Source of the DNA: an uncultured Parachlamydiaceae bacterium
Lineage (GTDB): Bacteria > Chlamydiota > Chlamydiia > Chlamydiales > Parachlamydiaceae
Direction: 5' to 3'
DNA: 64,000 nucleotides
Assembly: GCA_963742415.1 (NCBI GenBank)
Contig: CAVULX010000002.1
Span: 128,001-192,000 of the forward strand
The notes under the pieces were generated by a model. That model had not been told where the DNA came from and did no database searches. It saw nothing but the letters and a program-made list of their open reading frames with translations. Positions 10,734 through 21,338 of this stretch are shown piece after piece. Within the stretch, counting starts at the first letter, position 1, and every line of letters starts with the position of its first letter. The position numbers and the translations under genes are program-made.

Positions 10734-12732
10734 ATGTGTGGAATCGCAGCCCTTTTTGCCAAAACACTTACCGAGGAAGCTGCACAAGCTATCTTTACCG
10801 ATGACAACTATCATCCGCCACCGTGGGCCTGACGATGAAGGTTTTGCATTTTTTGGCACGCAGCCAAAGGAAATCTTTACTGTTGGAGGACGTGATACCC
10901 CAACAGATGTTTTTGGCGCACCTTTTCCATACGCTCCTCAAAAAAATGAACACAGGCATATCCCCAAAGCCTCTTTCAACGCCGCACTAGGCCATCGCCG
11001 CCTGTCTATTTTAGATCTTTCTGCAGCAGGGCATCAACCCATGTGTACCCCCAATCGCCGTTTCTGGATCACTTACAACGGCGAAGTCTACAATTACATC
11101 GAAGTCCGAAAAGAGCTGGAGTCATTAGGTTGCCATTTTGTCAGTCAAACAGATACGGAAGTCATCCTCGCAGCTTACCAGCAATGGGGATCTCAAGCGC
11201 TTCACAGATTTAACGGCATGTTCGCTTTTGTTATTTACGATTCGTTCGAAAACACTTTTTTTGCCGCTAGAGATCGTTTTGGAGTCAAGCCGCTCTACTA
11301 TTGGATTTCGCCTGAAGGGGTGATCGCCTTTGCTTCCGAAATAAAACAATTTACTGTCCTTCCTGGCTGGACTTCCACCTTAAATGGTCAAGAAGCCCAC
11401 GATTTTTTAAATTGGGGAACAAAAAACCATACGGCAGAAACATTCTTTTCCGGTGTCCGGCAAATACAGGGAGGGCATTACATTTTTGAATCCCTTAAAA
11501 ATTCTCCCCGAACCTTAACTCCCCGCCCCTGGTATAAACTTGAACCACTCCCCTTCAAAGGGTCATTCCAGGAAGCCTCGGAAGGCTTTCGGCAGCTCCT
11601 CGAAGATGCCATCAGGCTCCGTTTACGCGCTGATGTCCCCACAGGCTCTTGTTTGTCCGGCGGACTTGATTCCTCCACGATCGTCTGCCTCACCAACCTT
11701 TTGCTGCGCGGCGTCAATGCAGCGGATAAACAAAAAGCCTTTATTGCCTGCTCAGATGTCCCTCGTTTCAATGAAAAAGACTTTGCCGACATTGTCGTTC
11801 AACATACAAATACCGAAGCCCATTACACAACCCCCTCCTTACCCCATTTATTCCACATTCGCTCCGACTTAATTTGGTATCAAGACGAGCCTTTCGTTTC
11901 CACTAGCCAATTTGCACAATGGTCAGTTTTCGAACTTGTTAAACAAAATAAGGTAAAGGTCATCCTAGATGGCCAAGGATCAGATGAACAACTCGCCGGC
12001 TACCATGGATACTTTGGCAACCACTTTTATGACTTGTTGACAAAGTTTAAATGGGCAACCCTGCTCCAGGAAATGAAGCTTTCCAAACAAATGCACCCCT
12101 CCCTCCAACCTCACATGCTTCTTTTCAATAAACTGACCCCTGACATCTTGCGACAACCCCTTCGCAAATGGTTTGGAAAAACAACTCAACATTCAGGATG
12201 GTTCGACGCAACAAGGCTTCGTGCAGACCCGCGCGATCCACTAGGCAACGACCCCCATAAGTCTGTTTTTCACCAAAGTCTGCAACAAATCCACCGCAGC
12301 AGCTTGCCCATGTTGCTGCATTACGAAGATCGCAACTCCATGGCCCACTCTGTAGAATCCCGAACCCCTTTTCTCGATTACCGCCTCGTGGAATATACCC
12401 TAGGACTCCCTTCCGAATTTAAAATCTCTCAGGGATGGACAAAGAGGGTTCTACGTGAAAGCATGAAAGGGATTTTGCCTGAGAAAATCCGCAACCGGAT
12501 TGACAAATTGGGTTTTGTCACAGCCGAAGAAGAATGGGTGCGTAAAGAAGCCCCAGACCAATTTAGACAAGCCATTAGAGAAGCTGTCGAAGTTTCTCAA
12601 GGGATCATTCACCCTTCGATTTATACAGCCACCGAAAATATCATTGCAGGACGGCAACCGTTTAACTTTTTAATTTGGCGCCTGATCTCTTTTGGGGAAT
12701 GGATGAAACGATTTTCTGTAAAAGTAGTTTAG
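10734..12732 (+). CDS. asnB: Asparagine synthase-like glutamine amidotransferase; apparent frameshift at about 10793
   Basis: ATG 10734 reads MCGIAA (Ntn Cys2), then the frame changes to HRGPDD, LGHRRLSILDLS, NGEVYN, LSGGLDSS. Confidence 0.92.
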
Positions 12733-12739
12733 AAAGACT

Positions 12740-14050
12740 CTAGAAAGACCCCAACTCCAATAATTTCAATGCTAGGTTCTTCCGGCTATAACGCTCTAGA
12801 TACTTATCCGTTGCTTCAACTTTTCCCTTCTTTCGGTCTGCTAAGCTCTTTTTCAAATAGGCTTCAATGTCAGAAACATCTTTCAAAGTAACTCCGGCCT
12901 TAGACTCTTCAATGATCTTTTCAGCGGCTTGCCCTTGTTGCCCTCCAAGGGCTAGTATGGGCGTTTTAGAATAGAGGTATTCATAAATCTTGCCGCTTAA
13001 AAGACCGCTTCCGGTACCTAAGGGATCACTCCAAGGAAAAAACAAAACCACATGAGCATCTCTTTGCATGCAGAGGGCTTCCTCCCGCTTGACAAATCCC
13101 CAATTTTTGATCAGCTCCCCTAAGTTATATCTTTTTCTTAATTCTTCAATGTACCCAAGCTCGGGCCCTGCAAACACTACCTCAAGGCTTTCTATATCAG
13201 ATTGCATTGAAGGGTCTTTTTTAAGCCTGCAAATCGCTTCAAACAAAAGTTCAAGCTTTTGCCTTCCCGGATAAACCATTCCGGTATGAACGATCCGAAA
13301 TTTACCATCATCGGGAAAAATATTTGACTTAGGCAGTTTGTTCAGATCATTGCAATCGAAGCCATTTTCAATAATATGAACACGTTCCTGACCATGCCTT
13401 GAAGCTAGATTTTCGGCCCAAGGAGAACTCACCACCGTAATCTTATCCGCCTTTTTCAAAACATATTTTTCCAAATGCCTTTCAAAATAGTTAAACGGAA
13501 ACAATCCCGGAAAAATATGATTATCGACCCATAAATCCCTAAAATCTGCAATCCACCTTTGCCCCAAACCCAACTTTTTTAGCTTAGATGCTACAAAATG
13601 CACTGAATAGGGGCCTGCCGTACTGACAATTAAATCCCAAGGAGCTTCTTGACGAAGTTTTTTGACTGTGGGTGCTATCCAAAAATCTGTAAAGTCAGGC
13701 ATCCTGGATGCGTTTAGTATTCCCTTCCGATAGCGCAAGTAGTGGTATAGCTTGATTAGCCATTTCTGCTTCAATAAAGAAGAGGGAGAGGAGGAATCTT
13801 GGCCCCGATCTGTCTGAGACTGCTGATAATCAGATTTAAGAAAATCAATCCAGTGGGGAAGTGGAACTTCTATCATCCGAAAACCGGGATTTTCAAAAGG
13901 CAATTTCTGCTGGGAAAAATGGTTTTTGGAAGTCGTTGCCACAGTAACATCATGCCCTGCAAGGGTCCAATATTTAGCCCAAGAGTAGGGGCGATGGGAT
14001 GCAATAGAATTGAGCGGAGGGAAAAAAATGGAGACAATTAAGATCCGCAT
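12740..14050 (-). CDS. Glycosyltransferase (GT4-like)
   Basis: GHDVTV, WIADFRDLW, SGKIYEYL. Confidence 0.85.
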   Translation of the reverse strand: MRILIVSIFFPPLNSIASHRPYSWAKYWTLAGHDVTVATTSKNHFSQQKLPFENPGFRMIEVPLPHWIDFLKSDYQQSQTDRGQDSSSPSSLLKQKWLIKLYHYLRYRKGILNASRMPDFTDFWIAPTVKKLRQEAPWDLIVSTAGPYSVHFVASKLKKLGLGQRWIADFRDLWVDNHIFPGLFPFNYFERHLEKYVLKKADKITVVSSPWAENLASRHGQERVHIIENGFDCNDLNKLPKSNIFPDDGKFRIVHTGMVYPGRQKLELLFEAICRLKKDPSMQSDIESLEVVFAGPELGYIEELRKRYNLGELIKNWGFVKREEALCMQRDAHVVLFFPWSDPLGTGSGLLSGKIYEYLYSKTPILALGGQQGQAAEKIIEESKAGVTLKDVSDIEAYLKKSLADRKKGKVEATDKYLERYSRKNLALKLLELGSF

Positions 14051-14141
14051 GATAACCTAATGAACTCGGAAAGTTTTGCAAATATTATTCCATTTTGTCA
14101 TTATTCTTCTAGTTCAATAACCTAAATTTTGGGTTAAGGCA

Positions 14142-15398
14142 TTGATTAATAGATACTCTTTCATTTTATGGCCCTATTTTTTGATGATTATTGCTGGGAT
14201 GGTCATCCCCTCAGATGGAGAACATGGCATTTTAAGCCTTAAGAGCATCTCTTTTATCTTAGCGGCATTTTGTGCGGGTGCATACGCCATCATCCGGCAA
14301 AAGGTGAGTTTCTATCAAATTAAGTTGATCCTTTTTTCCTGTATCGCAGCCAGTACATTATTATTTTGGCTATTGGTAAGCTCTTACTATGGTGAAACCA
14401 CTGCTTTGGCACAAACAGACCAGTTCAAATTATTTGTCATTACCTTATTTTTTCCCCTTTTAACAGTTTATCTCATCACCGAAAAGTTGTTGGTCCCACA
14501 ACAGGTTTACAAAGCCGTTATTTATAGCAGCCTAGCTTATGCAGTAATGAAGATTGCCATGGTCGCTTTGCATTTATTTAAAATTGTCAACATCTGGGAG
14601 TTAATGCAAACCTTAGGGATCCGTTTTATGCGAATGGATATTTATGCAGGATTGGAGCGTGTTCAAACCTCTGTGGATATTGCAGCTCCGTTTGTCGTTT
14701 TCTTTGTCTTGCAATCTGAACGATTAGGATTTTATTTAAGCCGTTCTTTCAAATTTTTTTATATTGTTTTGACATTGGCTTCGACCTTTCTTAGTTTTTC
14801 CCGTTATCTCCTAGCAGTTTATTTTATGAGCTGTTTTTTATATTGGGCTACATTGAAGCTCAAACCATTGTTGATAGGATTTCTTTATTTTTTGATCGCT
14901 TTGTGCATAAGTTATGTGGCCATTGGACCCGAAAAAGTGAATATTATCATAGAAAGGCGGGTATTTAGTTTAGACAATTATCAATCGGATGCGACCCGTG
15001 TGCAGCAAATTGAAGCGATGGTAGATCAATTTGAACATCAACCCTATTTAGGAACTGGGATAGGGGGGTTTGCTCCTCAATATGTCCGGGAAGGGACAGT
15101 TTTGCATTTATATGAAGTGCAGTGGATGGCTTTTTTGATGCAGTTTGGCATTGTGGGAATATTTGTCTTGTTGATTCCTTTAGTTTTGATAGGGAAGGAT
15201 ATGGTTTATCCGAAATTTTCTAGGACGCGGGGAACCTTTTTGCTATTTTTTCTGATGTGGGTTTTTTCAGGGTTTACGAATCCCTTTTTGATATCGTTGA
15301 CCAGCGGCATTATGTACACATTATTTTATCTTTCCTCTCAGATTCTGGATCAAGTCTCCCCTTTACAAGAGCATCTGAAGATGAAAAACAGCCCATAA
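14142..15398 (+). CDS. O-antigen ligase/polymerase (Wzy_C)-like membrane protein
   Basis: About 11 TM segments; LSFSR, R..Q, PYLGTGIGG, LMQFGIVG; lies in a glycosyltransferase cluster. Confidence 0.75.
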   Translation: MINRYSFILWPYFLMIIAGMVIPSDGEHGILSLKSISFILAAFCAGAYAIIRQKVSFYQIKLILFSCIAASTLLFWLLVSSYYGETTALAQTDQFKLFVITLFFPLLTVYLITEKLLVPQQVYKAVIYSSLAYAVMKIAMVALHLFKIVNIWELMQTLGIRFMRMDIYAGLERVQTSVDIAAPFVVFFVLQSERLGFYLSRSFKFFYIVLTLASTFLSFSRYLLAVYFMSCFLYWATLKLKPLLIGFLYFLIALCISYVAIGPEKVNIIIERRVFSLDNYQSDATRVQQIEAMVDQFEHQPYLGTGIGGFAPQYVREGTVLHLYEVQWMAFLMQFGIVGIFVLLIPLVLIGKDMVYPKFSRTRGTFLLFFLMWVFSGFTNPFLISLTSGIMYTLFYLSSQILDQVSPLQEHLKMKNSP

Positions 15399-15451
15399 AT
15401 CTTGTGAGAAATCGGTGAATCACCTATTCTATCACCTAAAAACAACCCCTC

Positions 15452-15524
15452 GCCTAAATAGCTCAGCTGGTAGAGCAGCGCATTCGTAATGCGAAGGTCG
15501 TCGGTTCGACTCCGGCTTTGGGCA
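15452..15524 (+). tRNA. tRNA-Thr(CGT), CCA not encoded
   Basis: Acceptor GCCTAAA/TTTGGGC, D arm GCTCAGCTGGTAGAGC, anticodon loop TTCGTAA, T arm GTCGG-TTCGACT-CCGGC. Confidence 0.97.
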
Positions 15525-15532
15525 ACATCCAT

Positions 15533-15572
15533 AAACCCTGTTAGATCAGTATCTTACAGGGTTTTTCTTTTT
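15533..15572 (+). terminator. Hairpin plus T-run downstream of the tRNA
   Basis: AAACCCTG...CAGGGTTT followed by TTCTTTTT. Confidence 0.55.
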
Positions 15573-15599
15573 CTAAAAGATTCGAGCGTTTCCTTCTTT

Positions 15600-15632
15600 T
15601 GGCACACTCATGGCACACTAAACCACAACAAA
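15600..15632 (+). promoter_or_regulatory. Putative integrase arm-type sites, left end of island 1
   Basis: TGGCACA-N4-TGGCACACTAAACCACAA, repeated at 28871; inverted copies TGTGCCG..CGTGCCA at about 15724-15740. Confidence 0.7.
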
Positions 15633-15873
15633 CCGCCATTAATCACGCCTACAAAAACATGTTTGGTGTCCAGTTCAGAAATTAGAGTTAACCACTCAAA
15701 AGCCCGCAAATTTTTATTTCAGTGTGCCGTAGACGTGCCATTCTCATCAAAGAAGAATCAATCATCAATAGAAATCAAAGTCTTATGGCACCAGATCGTC
15801 GCATTGTCTATGCGACGTTGCCGTTTTTGGATGATTATTTTATACTTTTGCAACTTTTTAAGGAGATAGATCA

Positions 15874-16926
15874 ATGAAAGGAATTCAGGAACGAAAAACC
15901 AAAGATGGACAAACGCATTACCGCGTTCAAATAAGGATTAAAGGACATCCGATTGTCAGAGCTACTTTCAAACGAAAGACAGATGCTCAACGATGGAAAC
16001 AGATGACGGAATGCAGCATTCGAGAAGGAAAGTATTTTAAAACCGCTGAGGCAAAAAAACACACGCTCCAAGAAGCTATTTCTAGGTACATGCGTGATGT
16101 TTTACCTAGTAAACCGAATGCTAAACAAGAACAACAATTGAGATGGTGGAAAGAACAAATTGGGGCTTATTCTCTTGCTGATATCACTCCATCACTTATT
16201 GCTGAGTATAGGGATAAACTTAATCAAAGCACGACAAAATTTGGTCGAAAGATGGCACCTACAACAGTACTACGCTATTTAGCAGCTCTTTCGCATGTTT
16301 TTACGGTGGCTTCGATAGAATGGGAATGGATCGAAGAATCTCCATTGAAAAAAGTCTCCAAGCCAAAATTAGGCCCCTTGAGAGCAAGATTTTTAAGCAA
16401 CGAAGAGCTTGAAAGCCTTCTAAAAGCCTGCAAGGAAAGCTCTAACCAACATTTATATCCTGTAGTGGTTCTTGCATTGTCAACTGGTATGAGAAAGAGT
16501 GAAATCCTAACTTTGACAACGAGATCCATTGATTTGATTAACGAACGAATAATTCTAGAGCATACAAAGAATGGTGAGAGAAGATTAGTCCATTTGAGAG
16601 AGCATGCTCTCAAGGTAGTCGAGGAGCTTCTTCTGAAAAAACGACAGAACATAAACTTCTTATTTCCTTCAGAAAAGCATTCTCGACCAATTGATTTGAG
16701 GTTTCCATGGGAACAAGCTTTGAGAAAAGCTTCGATCCCAAATTTTAAATTTCACGATCTTCGACATTCGGCTGCAAGCTTTCTCTTAATGTCGGGAGCC
16801 ACTCTTGCTGAAGTAGCTGAAATACTAGGACTCAAGACGCTTCATTTGGTTAAACGTTATGGTCACTTATCTGAAAAGCATACAGCAGGTGTGGTTTCTA
16901 AAATGAATAAAGAAATTTTTGGTTAG
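15874..16926 (+). CDS. Tyrosine recombinase/integrase
   Basis: TGMRKSE, TKNG, FHDLRH, KRYGHL; AGGAG RBS; next to attL. Confidence 0.95.
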   Translation: MKGIQERKTKDGQTHYRVQIRIKGHPIVRATFKRKTDAQRWKQMTECSIREGKYFKTAEAKKHTLQEAISRYMRDVLPSKPNAKQEQQLRWWKEQIGAYSLADITPSLIAEYRDKLNQSTTKFGRKMAPTTVLRYLAALSHVFTVASIEWEWIEESPLKKVSKPKLGPLRARFLSNEELESLLKACKESSNQHLYPVVVLALSTGMRKSEILTLTTRSIDLINERIILEHTKNGERRLVHLREHALKVVEELLLKKRQNINFLFPSEKHSRPIDLRFPWEQALRKASIPNFKFHDLRHSAASFLLMSGATLAEVAEILGLKTLHLVKRYGHLSEKHTAGVVSKMNKEIFG

Positions 16927-16935
16927 AGGAAAAGG

Positions 16936-17826
16936 ATGTCTAAACTAAGTAACGTAAAAATCAAAAAATATAAAGAGTATTTAAAATACCCCTATTGGAC
17001 GTTTTCTGAAGCTATTTTGTTGCTTTCTTCCATTATTGATTTCGGCGCTTTCTGCCGTATACATCCGGCAATGCGACCTATGTTTGGCCGTGATCGTTTT
17101 GGGCTTTTTTCATGTGAACTTGGCGATCACATAGAGGTAAACAGTCTTTTAAAAGAATCAATTCTAAAAGTTATTCGAGAAGATAAAATCAATGCCTTCC
17201 CTATAAGAATGAGAGGAATTACATGTCCGCCTTTCCCGGATGGAATTATGTATTTTTTTGATCCATATGAGATAATCGCTTTTGTTGTCACTGAAGGCTT
17301 TCAATTGCCTCAAGAGCTACAAAAAGCTGCGAACATTTATCAAATGGATAATCTTGATACACCGCTTACTATACCATCTAAAAAACAAATTAAGCGACAG
17401 GTATTAGCTATGGCATTTTGGCATAAATATCCTAAGTTTACCATTAGCGAAATCTCCCGTAGGTTTGAACGACTGAAAAAATACAGGGAATTTCGTTTTA
17501 TCAATGATAGTGAAAATAGAAATAGGAAAGTCATAAAAGAACTAAAACCGCCCAATTCAAAAGCTCATTTAATGCTTCCTGGCATATTTGAAAAACTTAA
17601 TGGCAAAATCATGTTTGATTTTCAAAGATTGAAGATCGTTGTCAATACTATTGCTGATTTGTTGATGCTTGCAGATAGAAATACGACCCCAAGCGATATT
17701 CTCAGTCATGAATTAATACATTTATATATATCTGCTGGGGGTAAGCAGATTAAATCAATTATCGAATTCTCACTTCAGGACACTTTTGAATATCTTTATC
17801 AAATCAATCAATCGAATGAAAATTAA
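16936..17826 (+). CDS. Hypothetical protein co-oriented with the integrase (possible DNA-binding protein)
   Basis: 296-aa ORF with RBS; W..EA.LL N-terminal motif and HTH-like FWHKYPKFTISEISRRF. Confidence 0.7.
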   Translation: MSKLSNVKIKKYKEYLKYPYWTFSEAILLLSSIIDFGAFCRIHPAMRPMFGRDRFGLFSCELGDHIEVNSLLKESILKVIREDKINAFPIRMRGITCPPFPDGIMYFFDPYEIIAFVVTEGFQLPQELQKAANIYQMDNLDTPLTIPSKKQIKRQVLAMAFWHKYPKFTISEISRRFERLKKYREFRFINDSENRNRKVIKELKPPNSKAHLMLPGIFEKLNGKIMFDFQRLKIVVNTIADLLMLADRNTTPSDILSHELIHLYISAGGKQIKSIIEFSLQDTFEYLYQINQSNEN

Positions 17827-17953
17827 ATTATTTTCTACACCTCCGTTTTTGAGTTTTACTTTAGCTGTTTTGGGTAATCGACAGTGTCATGTGCGTTTTG
17901 GTAATCTGTTGGACAAATTTAAGCAACCTTGCTTGATGTTAAACAAACCCAAA

Positions 17954-18178
17954 ATGGAGAAGCATATGGAAACAGAAATTACTCATCATCGACCAAAGTA
18001 TTTAACAATAAATGAATGGTGCAAAACGCATTCTTGGCCGCCAGCAGGTGGATTGCGACATTTAATTTTTCACGCAGCTACTAATGGATTCAATAAAGTC
18101 ATTCGTCGCTGTGGTAGACGTATCTTGATCAATGAGCAAGAATTTATTCGTTGGATTGAAGCTAATAACGGACAATGA
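17954..18178 (+). CDS. Excisionase/AlpA-like small DNA-binding protein
   Basis: YLTINEWCKTHSWPP.GGLRHLIF..GRRILINEQEFIRWIE; position between integrase and primase; start 17954 or 17966. Confidence 0.7.
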   Translation: MEKHMETEITHHRPKYLTINEWCKTHSWPPAGGLRHLIFHAATNGFNKVIRRCGRRILINEQEFIRWIEANNGQ

Positions 18179-18627
18179 GCAGAAAAAAAGAAATTAGAAA
18201 AATGACCTAAAATATCCATTTGCCATTGCATTAGTTGAATTAGCAATAGTTCTTGAGATACCTGGAAGATAAAATAAACAAAACTGGATAATGTCATGTA
18301 AGCTGGAAAATGAAAAAACAGAATAACGAAAAAGCCGTGAAAAGTTCGCACCTTTTCACGGCCAAATGCACGGTTTTCACGACATGCTTTTTGTAATTCT
18401 GAACAGTATCAAAAGAATATTTTGAGTTCCACTGGGAGCTTCAAAGGCTTCTCTCCAACTTACATGGCATTTTCCTTGCCTTAAGGAATTGCCGTGACTT
18501 CACAATTGATCGATTTATTGATTGAAGATCTCAATCATGCGCTTGAAAAGCTGACATTTTACATTCTTCGCAATCTAACGTCTACAGATATTTCTTGCTT
18601 AAACGGATGTCAGAGAGAATGTAATTA

Positions 18628-21029
18628 GTGATGGAAATCAATTTTACGCAATCACTTTCTAAGCCACAGAACATCTCATCGTATGCTGATCTAGAAAATG
18701 CATGTCTTGCTCATATGGCATCAAATGGAATTCATTTTTCTGGTCCTCTACAAGAAACGGAACCTGGAAAGTATTATCGATTTTCAGCAGATTCTAAAAA
18801 AAATCAGAAAGACGAATTTTATGCTTGCAGCAAGTGGGAGTTTAAAGGGCGTCCATATCTCAGCTGTTACTACGGTACGTGGGAAGGCGGAAAAAAAGAA
18901 TATACTTTCATGAGTTTTGAAAATGATCCTCACTTATCTAAGGAAGATTATCAAAAATTTAAAGTGAATGAAAAACAAAGGAAACAAAAGTACGCAGAGC
19001 AACAAAAAAAAGACTTTGAGAAACGGATACAACGAGCAAAAAAGAATTGGGAAAATTCCCAACAAAATCCATTTCACAATGATCACACTGCATATCTTGA
19101 TAGAAAGCAAGTAAGAGCCGTGGGGGTAAAGTATTCGACAGATTTTGAAGAGAGCAAAAATCATGTTATAGTCATTCCTTTGCGAAATGTAGATGGAGAA
19201 ATTCAAGCTATTCAGCATATCAAAGCTAATGGTGAAAAAAGAATTCATGGGGTCAAAAGAGGCAACTTTCATGTTTTAGGTGAAATAAAAGAAGATGGCA
19301 AACTTTTCTGCGCGGAAGGATATGCTACAGCCTATTCCCTTTATGAAGCAAAAGGCTTGCCTGTTGTGGTGGCCTTTGATTGCGGTAACATAGATCCAGT
19401 AATAGGTAATCTCAAAGCAAAATACCCTAAGCTTTCAATAATCATAGCCGCTGATAACGATAAAGAAAATCCAGAAAATCCTGGACGAATGTACGCAGAC
19501 AAGGCTGCAGAAAAATACCAATGTTCAATTTTGTTCCCCGAATTTCCTGAAGGACTTGTACTATCTGATGGTGAATTGCCAACAGACTTTAATGATCTTC
19601 GCATCCTTTCAGGGATTGATGCAGTCAAAAATCAGCTCAACATCAACGAATTTTCTGGCATGAACTTGCAGACCGAACTAAAAAAACTTTCGTTCACTTT
19701 GCTCGAAAAGGCGGAGCCTTGTGCCAACTTTTCAACAATTGATTTGCCTAAGCCACTCAGAGAATACATTGACTTCATATGTTGTGATTCAGATGCACAC
19801 CCAATAATGATTACAACTGCGGTGCTAGGCAGTATTTCAGGGATCATAAAAAAAGGATGTGCATTCCCAAAGGAGAATACTTTCAAACCCTCTACGCTAA
19901 TCTCTGGATGCTTAACTTGTATAAAAGTGGTGGATTCAAAACTACGGCAATGGAAAATGGAGCAAGTATAGCAAGAGGGATATCGAAAGAAGTTTTACGC
20001 GAAATGAAAACAATAGAAGATGAGCTTAAAAGAGGGACCGTAAAAAAGGAGACAGCAGAACAAAGAAAGTTGGAACAGTCTTTGAAAGACGTCATATTGC
20101 CGAATAAAATTACAGCTGAGGCATTACTAGAACACCTAAGTCAAGGGCATTCAGGCGTCATTCTTACGGGTGAATTTGGTGCTTGGCTTCAAAATATGGA
20201 AAAGATGCACAATGCAGACCTTAAAGCCATTTTCACAGAGCTTTATGATGTCCCTCCATGTTATAGATACAAAACAAAAACACAGGGAGACCACATCCTA
20301 GAAAGTCCCTATTTTTCTATTTATGGTGTGTCTACTCTGGCATGGCTCAAAGAAAATTTAAAGCCTAATGATGTTTCAAGCGGTTTTTTTGCAAGATTCC
20401 TATTATTCACACCCCCACATCATGAAGGCATCCCTCATGCACTCCCAAGATTAAATAAATCAGCAAACACACAAGCTGAATGGATGGTAAGAAAGATCCT
20501 AGAGAATATGGCAGCAAGATATGAATATAAACTTGCTCCATCTGCAAAACTTGTTTTTGAGTCATGCCATTTAGATTTATATTCTATGTCGAAGGCATAT
20601 AGTGAAAAATGTCAGGAGACGTTGGATCCATATTTAAAGCGCTGGTCTCCGTCTATTCTAAAGCTTGCAATGCTCATGCGTCTTTTTGAAGATTCTACCT
20701 CTGAAGAAATTAGCGATACGTCAATTAACTCAGCAATGGCGGTAGTTCTATCGGCTATCAAATCAACCGCTCAATTATTTGAAGGCGAATTAGGCGAGTC
20801 AGACCAGCAGAGAAAGAGTCGACTTATTTTGGAGTGGATCCATAAAAGAATTCAGAAAGGAAAAGATCCAACGTGGGCAGCCTTGATTACGTCTGGAATA
20901 CTCGATGGCGGTGCTAGTATGTATGAATACCCTATGAAAACACTTGTTGAGGGTGGACTTCTTAACGAAATTCAAAAACAAAATAAAAGAGATTGGTTAT
21001 ATGTCCCCTTCGTTAAGCAAATCGGATAA
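18628..21029 (+). CDS. Toprim primase plus DUF3987-like helicase, split by a -1 frameshift at an A7 run (19848-19854)
   Basis: AEGYATA, VAFDCGN, IAADND, DFNDL (Toprim); second frame has P-loop-like SGGFKT, TAEALLEHL, SGFFARFL. Confidence 0.85.
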
Positions 21030-21315
21030 GTTGAATAAAGTTGGAAATCATTTCCAACTTCAAAAACCACCTTTCAGTCTATCTAAGAGTATATACACGT
21101 ATAATACATATATTAAGTTGGAAAGTTGAGTAGGATAGATGTCTTCTTTGATAGCGGCGATAGCCCGGTACTGGAAAGCTTGGAAATTGAAGAAGAAAAG
21201 CCCCTTCCAACTTTCCAACTTATATGCTTTATTGAGCTTAAGGATTTGGTATATATATGTTTATGTGGTTGGAATTTTCTTAACCTAAATCAAACTTTGA
21301 TAAAGTTTCCAACTG
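21028..21315. repeat. Iteron-like AAGTTGGAAA/TTTCCAACTT cluster, putative replication origin
   Basis: Perfect palindrome 21038-21060 and further copies at about 21115, 21171-21186, 21204-21220, 21267 and 21305, directly after the helicase stop. Confidence 0.75.
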
Positions 21316-21338
21316 GATTTGAAAGGAGAAAAAATAAA

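Noticed and set aside
15350-15869. ORFs 15350-15532 (-) and 15489-15869 (+), and similar ORFs over 28870-29285
   Set aside because: Shadow translations across the tRNA, att and arm sequences.
15874-16926. Integron integrase with attC cassettes
   Set aside because: No evident IntI-specific insertion and no attC-like palindromes; units are bounded by tRNA-derived direct repeats.
21126-21338. N-terminal extension of the 21126-21971 ORF
   Set aside because: Runs through the iteron cluster; a good RBS supports ATG 21339.
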